The notes below the pieces were generated by a model. That model was not told the origin of the DNA and searched no databases. It saw only the letters and a list, made by a program, of their open reading frames with translations. Made by a program: the position numbers and the translations under genes. Below, in pieces: positions 24,979 through 38,780 of a DNA stretch of 64,000 bases. Source of the stretch: Octopus sinensis (lineage: Eukaryota); contig NC_043017.1 in the NCBI RefSeq assembly GCF_006345805.1, positions 10,168,001 through 10,232,000 on the forward strand, in the 5' to 3' direction. Every line of letters starts with the position of its first letter. Position 1 is the first letter of the stretch.

Positions 24979-25230
24979 TTTGAATGCAGTAGATAAAACA
25001 GAGACGACTGAAGAAGGGGAATTTTCCTTGTTTTGTATATCTTGTACTCTATTTTTTCGTTGTTTAAGAAAAATGTCCATTTCCTTGGTTTTGCTTTTAT
25101 GTTTTCGTTTCTCACTGTGTTCGACGTTTTTTTGGTGTCCTGTACCCATATATGCATGTATATATACATATAGATGTAGGTATGAACATATATGTATGTA
25201 TATATGCATATGTTTTATTTATTATTTTGT

Positions 25231-25261
<31 letters not shown>

Positions 25262-25268
<7 letters not shown>

Positions 25269-25493
25269 TGGTTGGCCAAAAGTCACCTGGCAGTAAATCA
25301 AAACCATTTAATTCCGAGATTTATTTATGCTTAACAACTGAATGAATTTAATAAAAGCATCTAAATAAACAGTGATTTTAACTCACAGCATTCAATTATT
25401 AAACATTCATAATTGGAATGAATAAATAAAATTGAATATTAAGTATTTATGGAATTTTGATTTACTGTCGGGTGACTTTTGGCTAACCCTGTA
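25262..25493. mobile_element. Tc1/mariner-type MITE
   Basis: ~33-bp imperfect TIRs ggttggccaaaagtcacctggcagtaaatcaaaa / ttttgatttactgtcgggtgacttttggctaaccctgta in TA context; AT-rich non-coding interior. Confidence 0.8.
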
Positions 25494-26724
25494 TGTATCT
25501 ATGTTTATATATATGTATATATCATCATCATCATTTAACATCTGCTTCCCATGCTGGTGTGGATTGGACAATTTGGCAGATGCACCAGTCTTCTGTGTCT
25601 GTTTTGGCAGGGTTTTTATAGCTGGATGCCCTTCCTAACACTAATGATCCCACAGAGTGGGCTGAGTGCTTTTTACATGGCACCAGCTCAGGCGAGGTCA
25701 GTTTTGGCATGGCTTTTACAGCTGGATGCCTTTCTAGGTGTCAACACACACACACACACATATATATATGTGTGTGTAGAAGCTGGTAGTATCTAGCAGT
25801 TCTTGTATGATGTCATAAGAAGTTCACAGATTTGCAGGAGAACATGAAATGGTTCTGTTTTGGAATACCTTGAAGCATACAAAGCAAGCTTTGAATAACG
25901 ACAAGTAAATATTGTGTCGAAAAAAACACTTTTGGACAGAAAATGTCAAAGCTGTTCATGGGAATTGAACCCACAACTCCTGTTATGTCTAGAGGAAGTG
26001 TTGCTTTTCAGATCACAGGCAGACTGATTTTTTTCTGTTGTAAAGGGATTTTCAACCTAATATTTATAACTTTATGTGTGCATCAAGACTAATTATACGA
26101 AAAAAGACACACACACATACACACACACATTCATTTCATCATCATCATCATCATCATCATCGTTTAACGTCCGTTCTCCATGCTAGCATGGGTTGGACAG
26201 TTCGACCGGGGATCTGGGAAGCCAGAAGGCTGCACCAGGCTCCAGTCTTATCTGGCAATGTTTCTACAGCTGGATGCCCTTCCTAACGCCAACCACTCCG
26301 TGAGTGTAGTGGGTGCTTTTTACGTGCCACCTGCACAGGTGCCAGGCGAGGCTGGCAACGGCCACGGTCGGATTGGTGTATTTTATGTGCCACCGGTACG
26401 GAAGCCAGACGAGGCTGCGCTGGCATCGGCCACGAGTCGGATAGTGCTTTTTACGTACCACCAGACCAGGGATCCTGGCTGGTTCAATTTGATTTCGATT
26501 TCATTATGTTAAACCATTAATCTCAGGACATTGTTTTTCTCACTCCATTTTTTTCCTCTCATCCTTTTCTGTCAAAGAGGATAGGCTTGGAATGTCAAAG
26601 ACTTCCATTCTTACCGAGCATGAAACTAATTAATACACCTGCTTGTTGTTCCTTCACCTGTCTTAGTCTTTTGTTTTCTGTAAATGCGAACTATATATGT
26701 ACATACATACATATACATCTATCA

Positions 26725-27040
26725 ATCTATCTTGGGCAAGTGTCTTCTTCAGGCCGACCAATGCCTTGTGAGTGGATTTGATAGACAGAAACTGAAAGAA
26801 GCCTGTCATATATACATACATACATATATATGTATGGTTGTGTGTCTGTGTTTGTCCCTGCACCATTGTTTGACAACTGATGCTGGTGTGTTTACATCCC
26901 CGTAACTTAACAGTTCGGCAAAAGAGACCGATAGAATAAGTACTAGGCTTACAAAGAATATGTCCTAGGGACAATTTGTTTGACTAAAAGCAGTGCTCCA
27001 GCATGTCTGCAGTTAATTGACTGAAATAAGTAAAAGAATA
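26725..27040 (+). mobile_element. SINE family B, 5'-truncated
   Basis: cttgggcaagtgtcttct...gttcggcaaaagagaccgatagaataag... Confidence 0.85.
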
Positions 27041-27073
27041 ATATATATATATATATATTATATATATATATAC

Positions 27074-27530
27074 TTGGCTTTCGTAGATATGGAGAAAACC
27101 CTTGACAGGGTCCCCTGATCCCTTATCTGGTGGTCAATGCAGAAACTAGGGATAGATGGTTAGTCAGAGTTGTACAAAACATTTACAGGGATGCTGTTAG
27201 TAAGGTGAGGGTTGGCAACAAGTAGTGAAGAATTCTAGGTAGGAGTAGGGGTCCACCAAGGATCAGTCCTCAGCCTCCTCTTATTCATCATAGTCCTCCA
27301 GGCAATAATAGATGAATTCAAGACAGGATCCTCTATGCTGATAACCTTGCTCTAATAGCTGAGTTACTATCAGAACTAAGGGAGAAGTCTAGAATCAAGG
27401 GGCCTTGGAGTCAATCTAGCAAAAACCAAAGTCCTAGTAAGTAGGAAGGTGCACAAATCAAACCCCTTCAGGTAGAAACTCCATAAGATGTACGCAGTGT
27501 AAGCTATGGACAAATAAGAGGTGCAGCAAA
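27074..27530 (+). mobile_element. RTE LINE reverse transcriptase fragment
   Basis: LAFVDMEKTLDRVP..GVGVHQGSVLSLLLFIIVLQAI..LYADNLALIAE..VNLAKTKVL; several indels and stops. Confidence 0.9.
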
Positions 27531-28349
27531 TAAAAAAGCACCCACTATACTCTCGGAGTGGTTGGCGTTAGGAAGGGCATCCAGCTGTAGAAACCACACC
27601 AGATCAGATTAGAGCCTGGTGCAGCCTTCTGGTTTACCATCCTCAGTCAAACCGTCCAGCCCACGCCAGTATGGAAAGCGAACATTAAATGATGATGATG
27701 ATATATATATAATTTATATATATTATATATATATATAGATACACATACATATGCACGCACACACCACACATATACATATATATATATGGTGGCACGTAAA
27801 AAGCACCCACTACACTCACGGAGTGGTTGGCGTTAGGAAGGGCATCCAGCTGTAGAAACACTGCCAGATAAGACTGGAGCCTGGTGCAGCCTTATGGCTT
27901 CCCAGATCCCCAGTCAAACCGTCTAACCCATGCTAGCATGGAGAACGGACGTTAAACGATGATGATGATGATGATAATGATCACTGCTATTTTATCTCTC
28001 TTTCCCCCTCCAACCCAGTTACTTCTACCCGCTTTTCTAATACGTATGAATAGCTATGTACCTCCTCTGCAGCAGGGAACCTGTTCTGTTGTGGACCCTT
28101 TTTTCATACTTAAACCTCTTGTTTCCTGGTGTAAAGCTACTACTCTCTCTACTGCAGCTCCACTCGCTCAAAGGGGAGCTCTTGGTTTGGCAAGGTGCAA
28201 GGTGACCTCACTAGCGCTGGTGCCACAACACACTGCAAATGGTTGGCACGAAGAAGGGCATCCAACCATGGAAATCATGTCAAAGCAGACAATGGAACAT
28301 GTAACAGCCTTTGAAGCTGTTGGATCCGCTGCCAGCACAGAACATGGAT

Positions 28350-29015
28350 GTCAAATGACAATGACAACAACGATGATGATTACAACAATGATAATGATGA
28401 TGATGATGATGATGATGATTATGATGACAACAACGATGATGATTACAACAATGATAATGATGATGATGATGATGATGATGACAACCATGATGATGATTAC
28501 AACAATGATAATGATGATGATGATGATGATGATGACAACCATGATGATGATTACAACAATGATAATGATGATGATGATGATGATGATGATTATGATGACA
28601 ACCATGATGATGATTACAACAATGATAATGATGATGATGATGATGATGATGACAACCATGATGATGATTACAACAATGATAATGATGATGATGATGATGA
28701 TGATGACAACCATGATGATGATTACAACAATGATAATGATGATGATGATGATGATGATGATTATGATGACAACCATGATGATGATTACAACAATGATAAT
28801 GATGATGATGATGATGATGATGATTATGATGACAACCATGATGATGATTACAACAATGATAATGATGATGATGATGATGATGATGACAACCATGATGATG
28901 ATTACAACAATGATAATGATGATGATGATGATGATGATGACAACCATGATGATGATTACAACAATGATAATGATGATGATGATGATGATTATGATGACAA
29001 CCATGATGATGATGA
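28350..29015. repeat. compound (GAT)n satellite with 54/63-bp units
   Basis: 11 copies of tacaacaatgataat separated by (gat)n and gacaaccat, grown from the (GAT)n tail of an RTE 3'UTR. Confidence 0.9.
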
Positions 29016-30750
29016 TCTTGATCTGCTGATGATCTGCTGACAATGATCATGATGATGACAGTGATGATGATGAGGTCCCTTAGCATCTTGTCCATTTTCT
29101 ATTTGCTATTGTTGTTCTTCTTGATGTGTCTTCAAAACTTAGTCTTCGTATTGTTCTGTTTTGTTGTCGATGATGATGATGATGATGATGTACTTTTCTT
29201 TTTCTCTTCTTTTCTTGTAGAAGATTTTAATACCATTTCCCGCTGCTGTCACCACTGCAACAGCGACGACTAAAATGATGACGATGATGACAACCAATCA
29301 CCCCACCACCACCACCACTACCACTACCACCGCTTCCAATGTCACCATCATCACCACCACCATCATCCTCTTCATGCCTGCTTCTCCAGCTCCACCCTTT
29401 AACCTTTCCGTCAAATCCCCACCCCACCCCAATATGTCACTGTACATTTCTCTCCTTCTTCTGACGGATTGTTTCTTCTTAAAGGTCATGCTAGCCACAC
29501 AATCACATGTCCTTTATATACCAAGACTTACACAGAAACAACAACACCAAATGCCTTTCAGAACTTTGGAAATTCTTATGTATAGGTTGTTGTTGTTGTT
29601 ATTGTTGTTGCACTTTTCTGTTTCTTTTCTTTTTTTCCTTCCTTCTTCCTTTTGTTTTCTTTCTCTCTTCCTCTATTTTTTTCTTCCCTCCCATCTTCAT
29701 TTCTTTTTCTTTTTTCTATCTTCCTTTCCTTTCTTCCCTTCTTTATTTCTTCCTTTCTTTATCTTTCATTCTTTCTCTCTCTCTCTCTCTCATACACAGA
29801 CTCTTTCTTTGTCTATATATATTCTATTTATACCACTATGTGTGCATGGATGTGCCTATGTATGTGTGTGTGTGTGTGTGTGTGCATGGATGTGTATGTG
29901 TGATTGTGTGTATAGGTATATATAGCATTATTCATCACCATCATTTCAGCATCTACAGAGGCAGATTTTCTCCCCCTAATACCCCCTCTCGTCACCTCCC
30001 CCTGTCTCCAAGCAAGACAACCGTTTCCCATATCTGGACATGTTTTTAACGGAAGAATAGAAACAAACAACCTCGCTTGTAGGACAGTGACATTTGTTTA
30101 CAGCTGTAAAATGATGTCAAGACAACACACACACAAACATACAAATACATACACACATATACCCATATATACGTATACACAAATACAATATACGTACACA
30201 CATATACACATATATATATGTATACACATATATACAAACACATATATATACGTACACACACACATATATGCAAACATATACACATATATACGTACACACA
30301 TACACGAATATGCAAACATATATACATACACACATATACGCATATAAGATGGACTTCTTTCAGTTTCTTTTCATATCCACTCACAAACACTTTAGTTGGC
30401 CTTGGGCTATAAATGAAGGTGGGCTGAAAAGATCATAGGATGACTATGAAGGATTGATGCTAGAGCTGTGAAATCTTAGATGCATTAATTTCAAACTCTT
30501 CTTATTAAGAACTGCCTTGTTTCTTTCCAGGTAAACTGACATCTGACTCTTCAAAGAACACTTCAAAGGTAATTGGTAACACACCTGCACGGATTTTTGT
30601 CAGTGAACAGGTCGCGGATTTTAGCGACGAAAATATTTTGACAAATTAAACTTAAATGTTGAAGTGAATCGAACGGCTTTTGCGTGTTTCTTAAATGGCT
30701 TATAAACACTTTCCACGCTGCAATTGAATTGGTAATAACTTCTCTTGAAA

Positions 30751-30990
30751 ATGGACAAAATTTCACAGTTGGGTGGTATCAAGTTCCTGTAGAAAAAGGC
30801 CTTAGCCTCGAGGACATTCATGCCAATTGCATGGTTGCTATATTAGCGGATGATGCTCCAGCTTTGTCAACAGTGCAAAAGTGGGTAGCTGAATTTTGTA
30901 GGTGAAGGGAGAGTTTGAAGATGACCCAAGGTCTCAATGCCCTGCAACTGCCCCACTGAGGAAAACATGGACTGTGTGTTCACCACATGA
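30751..30990 (+). mobile_element. mariner transposase N-terminal fragment
   Basis: MDKISQLGGIKFL.KKGLS..DIHA..ILADDAPALSTVQKWVAEF.R.RESLEDDPRS, a mariner HTH region. Confidence 0.8.
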
Positions 30991-32149
30991 GTGATGGAGG
31001 TATAACAGAAGGAAAGCATAAACATTTTCCAGATATCAATTTAATCTATGGCATATTTATACTTATATAACATACCAAAGAGAAATGCAAATAAACATAA
31101 AAGATTCATACAGCAGAAAATCATGAAGAACCCTGAATGTGAAAAGGTTGTAATAGGTCAGATGTAGATAGATACACCCCAGGGTAAAGGAAAAAGGAAG
31201 TCCAAAGTGTTGGTACATAGATCAACAGTTTCACAAATAAAAAAGAAAATGTGGAACAGGCAGAAAAAGGTGTGTAGATAGTACTTTACAGCTGTTTCTA
31301 GAATAGTTGCATCATTAGTTCAAATCTGTGCATATTGCCTGCAACACAAAAGATTAGTTTCAACCTATTACATTGTAAGAATAATATGCTTCTGACAATG
31401 GAATACGTTGTAACTAATCTTTCTTATCTCTATGAAACTTCACAAAGTAGTGATATTGGATAATCCATATGTTATTTAAATAGGTCTGAGGATTATAAGA
31501 TTGTTTTCTTCAGACATACTTTGAGTCTCTTTCTTACATGAAACCAGAGGTAACGTGCTTTGGCATAAGTGTCTGTAACTCTTCTGTGTGTGTGTGTGCA
31601 TGCTTGTATGTTTGTATTTGAATGTCTATCTATCACATATATATATATATATATATGTATGTATATGTACATATTTGTATATTTCAACTTCATCTAATCT
31701 GGCTTCTCTCAATACTTTTGACTTATATAATACAATACACACACACACATAATAGAGATACACACATATATATGTATACATATATATACATAAACATATG
31801 TGTGTGTGTATAAATATATACATAAATACATATATATGGATATATATGTGTGTGTGTAAAATGATGGTAGATCATTAGATAGAAAGATAGATAATGACAA
31901 ATATGACACATAATATAAATAAGTTGAAAGACTTTAACTAAGATTGTCCTTATGTTTAGTAGAGAAAAACTCCCTCTAGGTATTTTAAAAATCTATGAAC
32001 AACAAGCAAGAGATACATATTCAATTAATGTCAGCTAAAACAAATTTTGGGAAAATATATATCTGTTGGCATTAAAGACAAGATCCATTCTGGCATCGTT
32101 TTTAGTCTAACTGATAATACTGGAATAATTTATCTAGAAGTTTCTACAA

Positions 32150-32620
32150 GTTTATCTGTCTGTCTGTCTCTTTATCTATTAATCTATCTGCCCGCCTATC
32201 TATGTCTTTCTATCCATCCTTCTATTTATCTATCTACCTGTCTGTCTTCCTATCTATCTATCTATCTCTCTGCCTACCTATCTATCAATCTATCTACCTG
32301 TCTGTCTTCCTATCTATCTATATGTCAGTCTCTCTGCCTATCTATCTATCTATCTATCTGTCTGCCTCTCTATCCATCTATCTATCAATCTATCTACCTG
32401 TCTGTCTTCCTATCTATCTATATGTCAGTCTCTCTGCTTATCTATCTATCTATCTGTCTGCCTCTCTATCTATCTATCTATCTATCCATCTATCTATCAA
32501 TCTATCTACCTGTCTGTCTTCCTATCTATCTATCTATATGTCAGTCTCTGCCTATCTATCTATCTGCCTGCCTGCCTGTCTATCTATCTATCAGTTTGTC
32601 TATGCTTTTGTCAGTCTGTT
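32150..32620. repeat. (CTAT)n/(CTGT)n compound microsatellite
   Basis: Direct inspection; similar tracts at 23630-23780, 48990-49290 and 50080-50300. Confidence 0.9.
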
Positions 32621-33614
32621 TATGCATGTTGTTTGTGTGTGTGTGTTTGTGTGTGTATGTATACACACACATCCATATACATCCATAAAACTATAGCATA
32701 AACATGAGCAGCATTTACATATACACTTAAACATACACATGCACATAAACGACACACGCAAACACATTTACAAATGCTATTTTACATATTTATGCAACAA
32801 ACACTGTACTACACACACACACACACATGTACGTACTCGTACACACATCCCTAACACTTCTGCTTTTCTCAGTCAAACACATACACACATGCATACACAC
32901 ATACATACACAGACACATACCATTAACACACACACGCACACACACTCACTCTCTCTCACCCTGTTTCTCCCTCTACCCTTCTCCCCAATCCCCCCTCACT
33001 CCCTCTGAATTAATCACTTCCTATTTCCTTCTCTAGAACTTCATTAAAAGGTGTCTAAAACAGATAAGCCGATGGAACCAGTACAAATTGTTTAATTTGA
33101 ACAAATCACAGATTACTACCATTTCTTCGTATGTGAATTATCTCTTAGTCTGTCTTGCTTCAGAGGGAATGCAGCATATTCTGCCATCAAGAAATTATGG
33201 TGAATTGAAGAGCAATGAGATGAATGTGTGTGTGTGTGTGTGTTTGTATGTATGTTTGTATTTGTATGTCTATATATTTGTCTAAGTATGTATGTATCTG
33301 TCTTTATGTACACACACAGATATGTATGTATATGTACATATCTATCTATCTGTATACATATCATCATCATCATCATCGTTTAGCGTCCGCCTTCCATGCT
33401 GGCATGGGTTGGACGGTGCAACTGGGGTCTGGGAAGCCAGGAGGCTGCACCAGGCCCAGTCTGATCTGGCAATGTTTCTACGGCAGGATGCCCTTCCTAA
33501 CGCCAACCACTCCATGAGTGTAGTGGGTACTTTTTACGTGCCAGGCGAGGCTGGCAACAGCCACGATCGGATGGTGCTTTTTACGTGCCATATATATATA
33601 TATTTATATGTGTG

Positions 33615-34140
33615 AATTCTGATCGATATTGTGTGATGGTTTAGAACTTTCTGAAACCTAAATTGAATAAACTTGATGATAGGGACAATGTTTGGTCTCA
33701 ACAGGATAGGGCAACAGCCCACACTCCATGATGTGAGATGGGGATTTTGAGGGAGATGTTCCCCGGTCATTTGATCTCATTGCACGGTGACATTGGTTAG
33801 CCAATCACCTGATCTGAACCTGTGCAATGTTTTCCCGTGGAAATACATGAAATCAGAGGCATACACTCAACGCCTTTGATCTATTGAACAATTAGAAGAT
33901 GTCATTCGTCAAGAAATTGCTGCCATTCCACATGAAATAACCTACTGAGTAATGGACAACTTTTGTGGATAGTGTGTTGATAGAAACAGCACCCAGTTGA
34001 CTGATTTAATTTTAAAAATCAAATGAAACAAAATGGCATTATATGGGCATTTCGAAAATAAAAACACATCTTTCGTTCTTTACTCTGTTTCGCTTTTATT
34101 AAACCTAAAAATATGTCGGATCATTTTGCCGCACCCTGTA
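33615..34140 (+). mobile_element. DD41D (rosa-type) Tc1/mariner 3' half with TIR
   Basis: VWSQQDRATAHT...LREMFPGHLISLHGDIG.P..SPDLNLC; D-to-D spacing is 41 after restoring a small deletion; ends gccgcaccctgTA at 34140. Confidence 0.75.
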
Positions 34141-34235
34141 GCAGAGTTCAGTATAAGGGGTTATTTTGGGAAGGGATAGATATAGGAAGTACTTCTTGAT
34201 CTCTACTATTTCTGTCTATTTAATGCTCTCATATT

Positions 34236-34284
34236 GTCTCTGATGATGGGATATCTTTTATAATCCCTGAAACAGCTGTAAGAC
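34236..34284 (+). ncRNA. type I minimal hammerhead ribozyme motif (solo)
   Basis: Stem I GTCT/AGAC, CTGATGA 34240-34246, stem II GGGAT/ATCCC (T.T at its base), GAAA 34269-34272, palindromic ACAGCTGT, GUA site at 34280. Confidence 0.65.
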
Positions 34285-34592
34285 CACCCTTCTCTTTATA
34301 AAATGTCCTAGAAATTTCACACTGCCTTGGTTTGTTGTCCCATTTTATTTAACACTCACACACATATATATATGTGCATACAGACTTATATTTATATTAA
34401 TTAATATATACCTACATATATACATACACATAAACAGACATACCCACATGAAAACATATTCACTTACAGTTATCTATATGCATAAATACATAGACACATG
34501 TTATCCACATACATCGCTGAGAATTGAACTCATGATCTTAATATTCAGTGAGCTGAATATCCAAACCCCTAAGTCATGTGCCCTCACTCACA

Positions 34593-35788
34593 TACAGTGA
34601 CATTTCATTTTAACAGACATATTTACCAAAATTACATAAAAATATCTTGAAATATTAGAGTAAATTTATTCAATAAAATCAACATTGGCTTCAACCACGG
34701 CCTCCAGATGACTTCGGAATCTCCTGCAACTCTTCTGGATGGTCTCCTTGTTTAAGTTGGTGAGTGCTGCCATAATCCTTACCTTCAGTTCATCTTTGGT
34801 GTTACAAGGAGTTTTGTTGCTCTCTTGCTCAAGTGAGCCCCACACATAATAATCAAGGGGGTTGCAATGTGGGGAGTTAGGTGGCCAGATGTTAGGGGTG
34901 ATATGGCTGCAGAAATTATCTGACAACCATGACTGGGTTCTCCTGCTTGTGTGGCATAGGTCAGTCCTATTGCCAGACATAGGGTCTTCCAGCAGCCACT
35001 GTATTGAGCCAGGGCAGCACTACCTCCCCCAGGCACTTGATGTAGGCTGCTGTGTTGAGTCTGTGAATGTGTGCAAAGATAAATGGCGGCAAAACATCTC
35101 CATCGCTAGCGATCACTCCAAATACCATGATGTTGACTGGATGTTTGATTTTTATCTCTCTCAGTACATGTTTTGAGGACACAGCAAGCCAACAGTTGTT
35201 CTGTGTGTTCACCCTCTGATCCTGACAAAAATTTTTCTTGTCTGAGAAAAACCAAAATATGTTGAGTTGGAGGGGATGCTTGAGTTTCTTGTCCTTGATG
35301 GTTTGGGATAAAAATTGGCCCTTTCTCATCTTGTATGAGGAATATCAAATGTCTCCATGCACTACCTACCTGATAAGCAACTGAGGCACTCCCATGTCCC
35401 TGGCAATGAACCTGATTGACATGGTCTGGATCTCACCAACCAATTCAGTTCTTCTCTTGTCAGAACAGAGTGAGTTTTCTGAACTGCCACACCTTCGTAA
35501 TCACCATTAGACCCATCCAACTTTCTCTGAACTTCCTGCACTGTCCTCAGATTGCCCCCCAAACTCTCAGAAATGTTCGTATTGGAGCTTCTGACACAAA
35601 TGCCAAACAGTACAGCATGTCATTTCCAAATTTCTAGCACAATGAATTGCATCGTGGTGCTGTTTTTCTCACAGACAGTGCCCAACTGACCCTACTACAC
35701 TGTGTAGTCAACAAAATCAAAAACAAACAATGAGCATGCGCGAAATTAAAAATATAAAATGGCAACAATTTACCCATTGCATCCTGTA
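34593..35788 (-). mobile_element. DD37D (maT-type) Tc1/mariner element, near full length, dead transposase
   Basis: FFSDKKNFCQDQRVNTQNN..IMVFGVIASDG..YVWQ.D..CHTSRRTQSWL..WPPNSPHCNPLDYYVWG; 37 residues between second and third D; stop at 34666; right end catcctgTA, left TIR partly deleted. Confidence 0.85.
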
Positions 35789-36760
35789 AATATGAAGGCA
35801 TGTTGTTAAGTGGGTTATGTATTCAGCTCATGATCGTAAGGTTGTGATTTTTATTCTCCTTGAGCAAAACACTTTACTTCATGTTGATCCAGTCCACTCA
35901 GCTGGTAAAAATGAGTTGTACCTGTATATCGAAGAGCCAGCTTTGTTACATTGTGTCATGCTAAATCTCCCTGAGAACCACATTAAGGGTATACTTGTCT
36001 GTGGAGCACTCAGCCACTTGTACATTAATTTCACAAGCAGACTGTTCGACTGATCGAATTAACTGGAACCCACATTGCCATAAGTGATGGAGTACCAGTT
36101 AAATAAATAAATATATGTATGTATACAACCTCTTGCCTGCCACACAGCCACTTCACTCGGTTTCACTTCTCCTAGCTGAGAGGCTTTTGTCTTGCAAGCT
36201 ATTTAGCAACTCCACTCATGCTGGTGCCACATAAAAAGCACCCTGTCCATTCTGTAAAGTGGTGGGTGTTAGGATAGGGTATCCAGCTGTAAAAATCATA
36301 CCAAAACAGAAAATTGGAATTGGGTGCAGGTCTCTGTCTAACTAACTCCTGTCAAACTGTCCAACACATGCCAGCATGAAAAACAGATGTTAAATGATAA
36401 TGATGACAAGGAGCTTTCCACACAGTTTCCATCTACCAAACCCATTTATTGGCCTGAGGCTATAGTAAAATACATTTCCCCAAGGTGCTGCACAGAGGGA
36501 CGGAACCTGAAACCACAGCTTCGTAACAACACAGCCATGCTTTCATAAGATGAATATATACATATTTTGATTGCATAGTTTACCAGAGATTCATTCTTTC
36601 TGTTCCATCCTTTCCATATTTAACGAAGGTTGGTCCTCGTTTAATTTTTAATTACTCATTGTGCACTTTAATTGAATAATACTTCATTTAGAGATGGTTT
36701 AGTTGCCTAGGATGTGCTTTGCGAAGGCAATGCGTGTTTTGTTGGCAGATGTATATGTAA

Positions 36761-36803
<43 letters not shown>

Positions 36804-37586
36804 GGTTTGTATGTGTGCGTGGATGTATGTATATATGTATGCATATAAACGTATATGCATATATAAATATATTACATTTATGTGTGTGAGTGTGTTTTTA
36901 TATACGTATATATATGTATGTATCTATCTATAATATATATACATATTTATATGCACATGCATATATATGTATATAGATAGAAAGGCAGATATATATATAT
37001 ATATATATAACATAAACATACAAACACACACACACACATATATATATATATGTACATATACACACACACACATCATATATATATTCATACATATATATCT
37101 ATATATGCATGTATCTATATATCTATATATATATATATATATATATGTATGATGTTGATATATGTAAATATGTGTATGCGTCTTACAGTATGCATGTGTG
37201 TATGTGTTTATGCACTCATATGTAATGCCAGGAGGTTAAATTCTTCTTCTAATCAATGATAAGAAATCCAAGGAGACCATCCTTTCTTCAAAATGATATT
37301 TCCCTCTCTCTCTGTCATTGTCTCTCTCCTTCTCATTTGCTCTCTTTCACTCTTTGTCTTTCTCCTCACTTCAATAGTAATCAATGTATCTTTAGATATT
37401 AGACATTCATTGCATGCATACACACACACACACATATATATATATACATACATGCATATTCATGTGCATATATAAACACACACACACATATTTATGCATA
37501 CTTATCTATTTCCATAAACCTATCTCTCTCTATATATATATATATAATATATATATATATGTACATATACACACACACATATATAT

Positions 37587-37649
<63 letters not shown>

Positions 37650-37759
37650 TATATATATACACATATATGTACACACACACATATCTACAAATATATACTT
37701 ATGCATATATTTACATACGCACATCCATGGAAATACATACAGAAACATACACACATATG

Positions 37760-37797
<38 letters not shown>

Positions 37798-38535
37798 GAT
37801 ACATACATATAGCTATCTATCATCTATCTATATCTATATATATATATATATATACACACACACATGTATGTTTGGATATATATATATGCATTATATGAAT
37901 GTGTGCTCACACACACCACACACAGAGACAGACAGACACACACACACATATATGGTGTAGCTTTTGGCTTGTGAATCTAATTTTCTTACACAATGCAGCA
38001 ATGAATAAATGAAAAAAAAAAAAAAAAAAAAGAAAAAGAAAAAATATATCCCCCCCCCAAAAAAAAATTCTTCTCTTTCCATTCTGGTCTTTTTCTTTTC
38101 TTTTCTTTCTGATGCCTTTCCCTAACCCCCCTCCACCCACTTCCCATTCTCCCCTCCCCCCAATTCTTCTCCCTCTTCTCCACCCCCCCTTCCCTTTATT
38201 CATTAGCATTTCTTATAATATTGTTTAAATGAGAGAATTTGGTACACCAAGACACTGAAAATTCCTGCTGTGCCAAAAACTGCATCTTTCACAGATCTCA
38301 TTGTAAGCTGCCTATTCCTTCGTTTGTCGCTTTAATCAGGAATCCTTCTATGTGTTGCACTTCCTTAGCATTCGCAGAGTCTCCATGCTGGCACCATACT
38401 GTCTCCGTTATCCTACCGCTCTCATTCGGTACTTCGGTACCTTGGATTCCAAGCGCAGTGTGAAGTATATCCAGGGAAAAAAATTGAAAAAAATATACAC
38501 ACACACATACAAGCATATATCTATCTATCTTTCTA

Positions 38536-38568
<33 letters not shown>

Positions 38569-38741
38569 GTATATTTATATATATATGTATATATATATAT
38601 ATATATTTCTATATATATATGTATATATATATATTTATGTATATTTACCGATGTATATATATATATATATATTTATAAATATGTGTGTATATTTATATAT
38701 GTGTGTGTGTGTGTGTAGATATATATATATATTTATGCTTT

Positions 38742-38780
<39 letters not shown>

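Noticed and set aside
27959-29029. 356-aa Met-rich ORF as a reflectin-like gene
   Set aside because: No reflectin motif (M/F-D-X5 repeats with Tyr/Arg/Trp); simply the ATG frame of a (GAT)n satellite.
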